IMG/VR virus record: IMGVR_UViG_3300048583_000274
Coordinates: 1-64,000 of that record
Strand: one strand, 5' to 3'
DNA: 64,000 bases
DNA from: a virus
The notes beneath the pieces were generated by a model that worked only from the letters and a program-made list of their open reading frames with translations, did no database searches and was not told where the DNA came from. Made by a program: the position numbers and the translations under genes. Of the stretch, positions 62,905 through 64,000 are shown in pieces (position 1 is the first letter of the stretch; every line of letters starts with the position of its first letter).

Positions 62905-63501
62905 ATGTTACTAATGTTTATCAAAGACCTCTTTTATAGTACTATCTTAGTAGGGTATGAGAATACTTCTGTACAAGATAAAGTTCTATATGCTAGTAAA
63001 GTAGTTATAACCTTTTCTCCTTTAGCCTATCTTTTAAGTGGCTTTGATACTTGGTTTGCAGATAACTCTCAATTTTTTGTAGGTATCATATATGCTCTTA
63101 TTGCTAATGTTATAATAGGAGGATGGTATCATTACAAAGCCGGCTCTTTTAAATGGAAACTTTTTTTCTATAAGAATATAGAAATGTGGATAATTATTCT
63201 TTTGACTTACCCTTTATTAGAAGTAATGAACTACATAGTAAAAGAATATGCCATAGGAGAATTGTTTAAAATTGTCATTCAATTAGCCACTTTACTTTAT
63301 CCTATTTCAAAAATTTTGAAAAATATTTATATCCTTTCTAATAGACAATTTCCTCCGGCTTTTATCATGGAAAGAATTTATAACTTTAAGAAAACAGGAG
63401 ACTTAGAATTCTTAATTAATGGAAGAAGAGATAATGATCAACATGATATTCCTAGAGCAGAAGACTATTCTAAAGCACCTGATATAAAGGATTTAGAATA
63501 A
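62905..63501 (+). CDS. polytopic membrane protein
   Basis: 198 aa with at least four hydrophobic helices and a charged C-terminal tail. Confidence 0.4.
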   Translation: MLLMFIKDLFYSTILVGYENTSVQDKVLYASKVVITFSPLAYLLSGFDTWFADNSQFFVGIIYALIANVIIGGWYHYKAGSFKWKLFFYKNIEMWIIILLTYPLLEVMNYIVKEYAIGELFKIVIQLATLLYPISKILKNIYILSNRQFPPAFIMERIYNFKKTGDLEFLINGRRDNDQHDIPRAEDYSKAPDIKDLE

Positions 63502-63540
63502 TTTAATTTTTCATAAAATATTTTCCATACATTTGTAGTA

Positions 63541-64000
63541 TGGAAATAGCTCAAAAAATACAAGTTCCCTTTAATGACCTTGCTTTTGAAGAAAAAGAGC
63601 ATAAATATTTTGTTAAGGGAACTCCTCTAAAAACTTCTGTATCAGGATTAATATCTAAATACTATTCTAAATTTGATGCAGAAGCTATTGCTCCTTACTC
63701 AGCTAAAAAACTAGGTATCTCTACTGAAGAAGTTCTTCAACAATGGAAAGATATAAATCAGGAATCTAGAGATAGAGGGCATAGAGTTCATACCTTTGGG
63801 GAAAGATATCCTTATGATAGGAGTTTAAAGCCATCTTGTCTTCAGGAAGAGGCTATTGTAAAATTTTGGCAAGAGCTTCCTTCTCATATAATTCTAGTAA
63901 GTGTAGAGCTTAGAATGTATCATTTTTTACATTTATTTGCCGGTACTGCTGATATTATTCTTTTTGATACTATAAAACAAGAATATATTATTGCTGATTA
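63541..64000 (+). CDS. PD-(D/E)XK exonuclease-like protein (3'-truncated by the window end)
   Basis: The open frame runs from ATG 63541 to the window edge (MEIAQKIQVPFNDL...). GTADIILFD...EYIIAD is the D...(D/E)xK core just before truncation. It is absent from the ORF track because there is no stop in the window. Confidence 0.5.

Noticed and set aside
63519-63549. A hairpin, ttccatac/gtatggaa, overlapping the ATG of the truncated nuclease gene. It was considered as a translational control element.
   Set aside because: The stem is a short 8-bp AT-rich one that could arise by chance, and there is no supporting context.
1-64000. Assignment of the phage to a crAss-like lineage, and attribution of the T3-like promoter core to a T7-type RNA polymerase
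   Set aside because: The sizes of the terminase, portal and capsid candidate are compatible with a crAss-like lineage. However, no giant virion RNAP genes, no IHF-like genes and no ~880-aa single-subunit RNAP are present in this window. The claim cannot be supported without the rest of the genome.
1-64000. A search for CRISPR arrays, integrase/att sites, standard tRNAs, reverse transcriptase (retron/DGR) and toxin-antitoxin pairs
   Set aside because: No regularly spaced direct repeats, no tyrosine or serine recombinase motifs, no cloverleaf-compatible T-loops other than the tmRNA, and no RT motifs (YxDD) were noticed. These absences come from reading by eye and should be confirmed with tools.

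Overview
All calls below come from reading motifs by eye; no database or covariance-model search was possible. The window looks like one AT-rich dsDNA phage genome segment. Start codons lack Shine-Dalgarno sequences and there is a TAnnTTTG-type box and a DUF1573-like protein, which together suggest a Bacteroidota host (inference). No integrase, tape-measure protein, CRISPR array, rRNA or standard tRNA was seen.

Layout:
(1) 1-31.2 kb is a tightly packed leftward (minus-strand) replication, recombination and nucleotide-metabolism module. It encodes family A DNA polymerase, SF1 and SF2 helicases, a DnaB-like helicase, a TOPRIM primase, ATP-dependent DNA ligase, PD-(D/E)XK nucleases, a ThyX-like enzyme, dNMP kinase, MazG and a GroES-like protein. 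Homing-endonuclease genes are interspersed.
(2) 31.2-40.0 kb is an accessory region of low coding density. It holds small minus-strand genes for lipoprotein, secreted and membrane proteins, a plus-strand HNH endonuclease, and long ORF-free stretches.
(3) 40.0-64 kb is a rightward (plus-strand) module: small genes, a GH108 endolysin, terminase, portal, scaffold, capsid candidates, fibre-like proteins and membrane proteins. It ends in a truncated PD-(D/E)XK nuclease gene.

Most notable observations:
(a) A complete tmRNA (ssrA) gene lies on the minus strand at 31416-31883. Its tag frame is unusually long and ends in AEAA.
(b) A phage-borne ubiquitin-like conjugation-type cassette sits inside the replication module at 13.6-17.5 kb: a ThiF/E1-like gene, a JAB/JAMM peptidase, and candidate E2-like and Ubl-like genes.
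(c) A conserved ~27-nt promoter-like motif (core CACCCTCACT on the minus strand) precedes the accessory genes. It forms a divergent pair at the switch point between the leftward and rightward modules.
(d) A LAGLIDADG endonuclease gene is inserted at the 3' end of the ligase gene, leaving a duplicated, diverged ligase C-terminal remnant.
(e) A UDG-fold protein has a degenerate active site.
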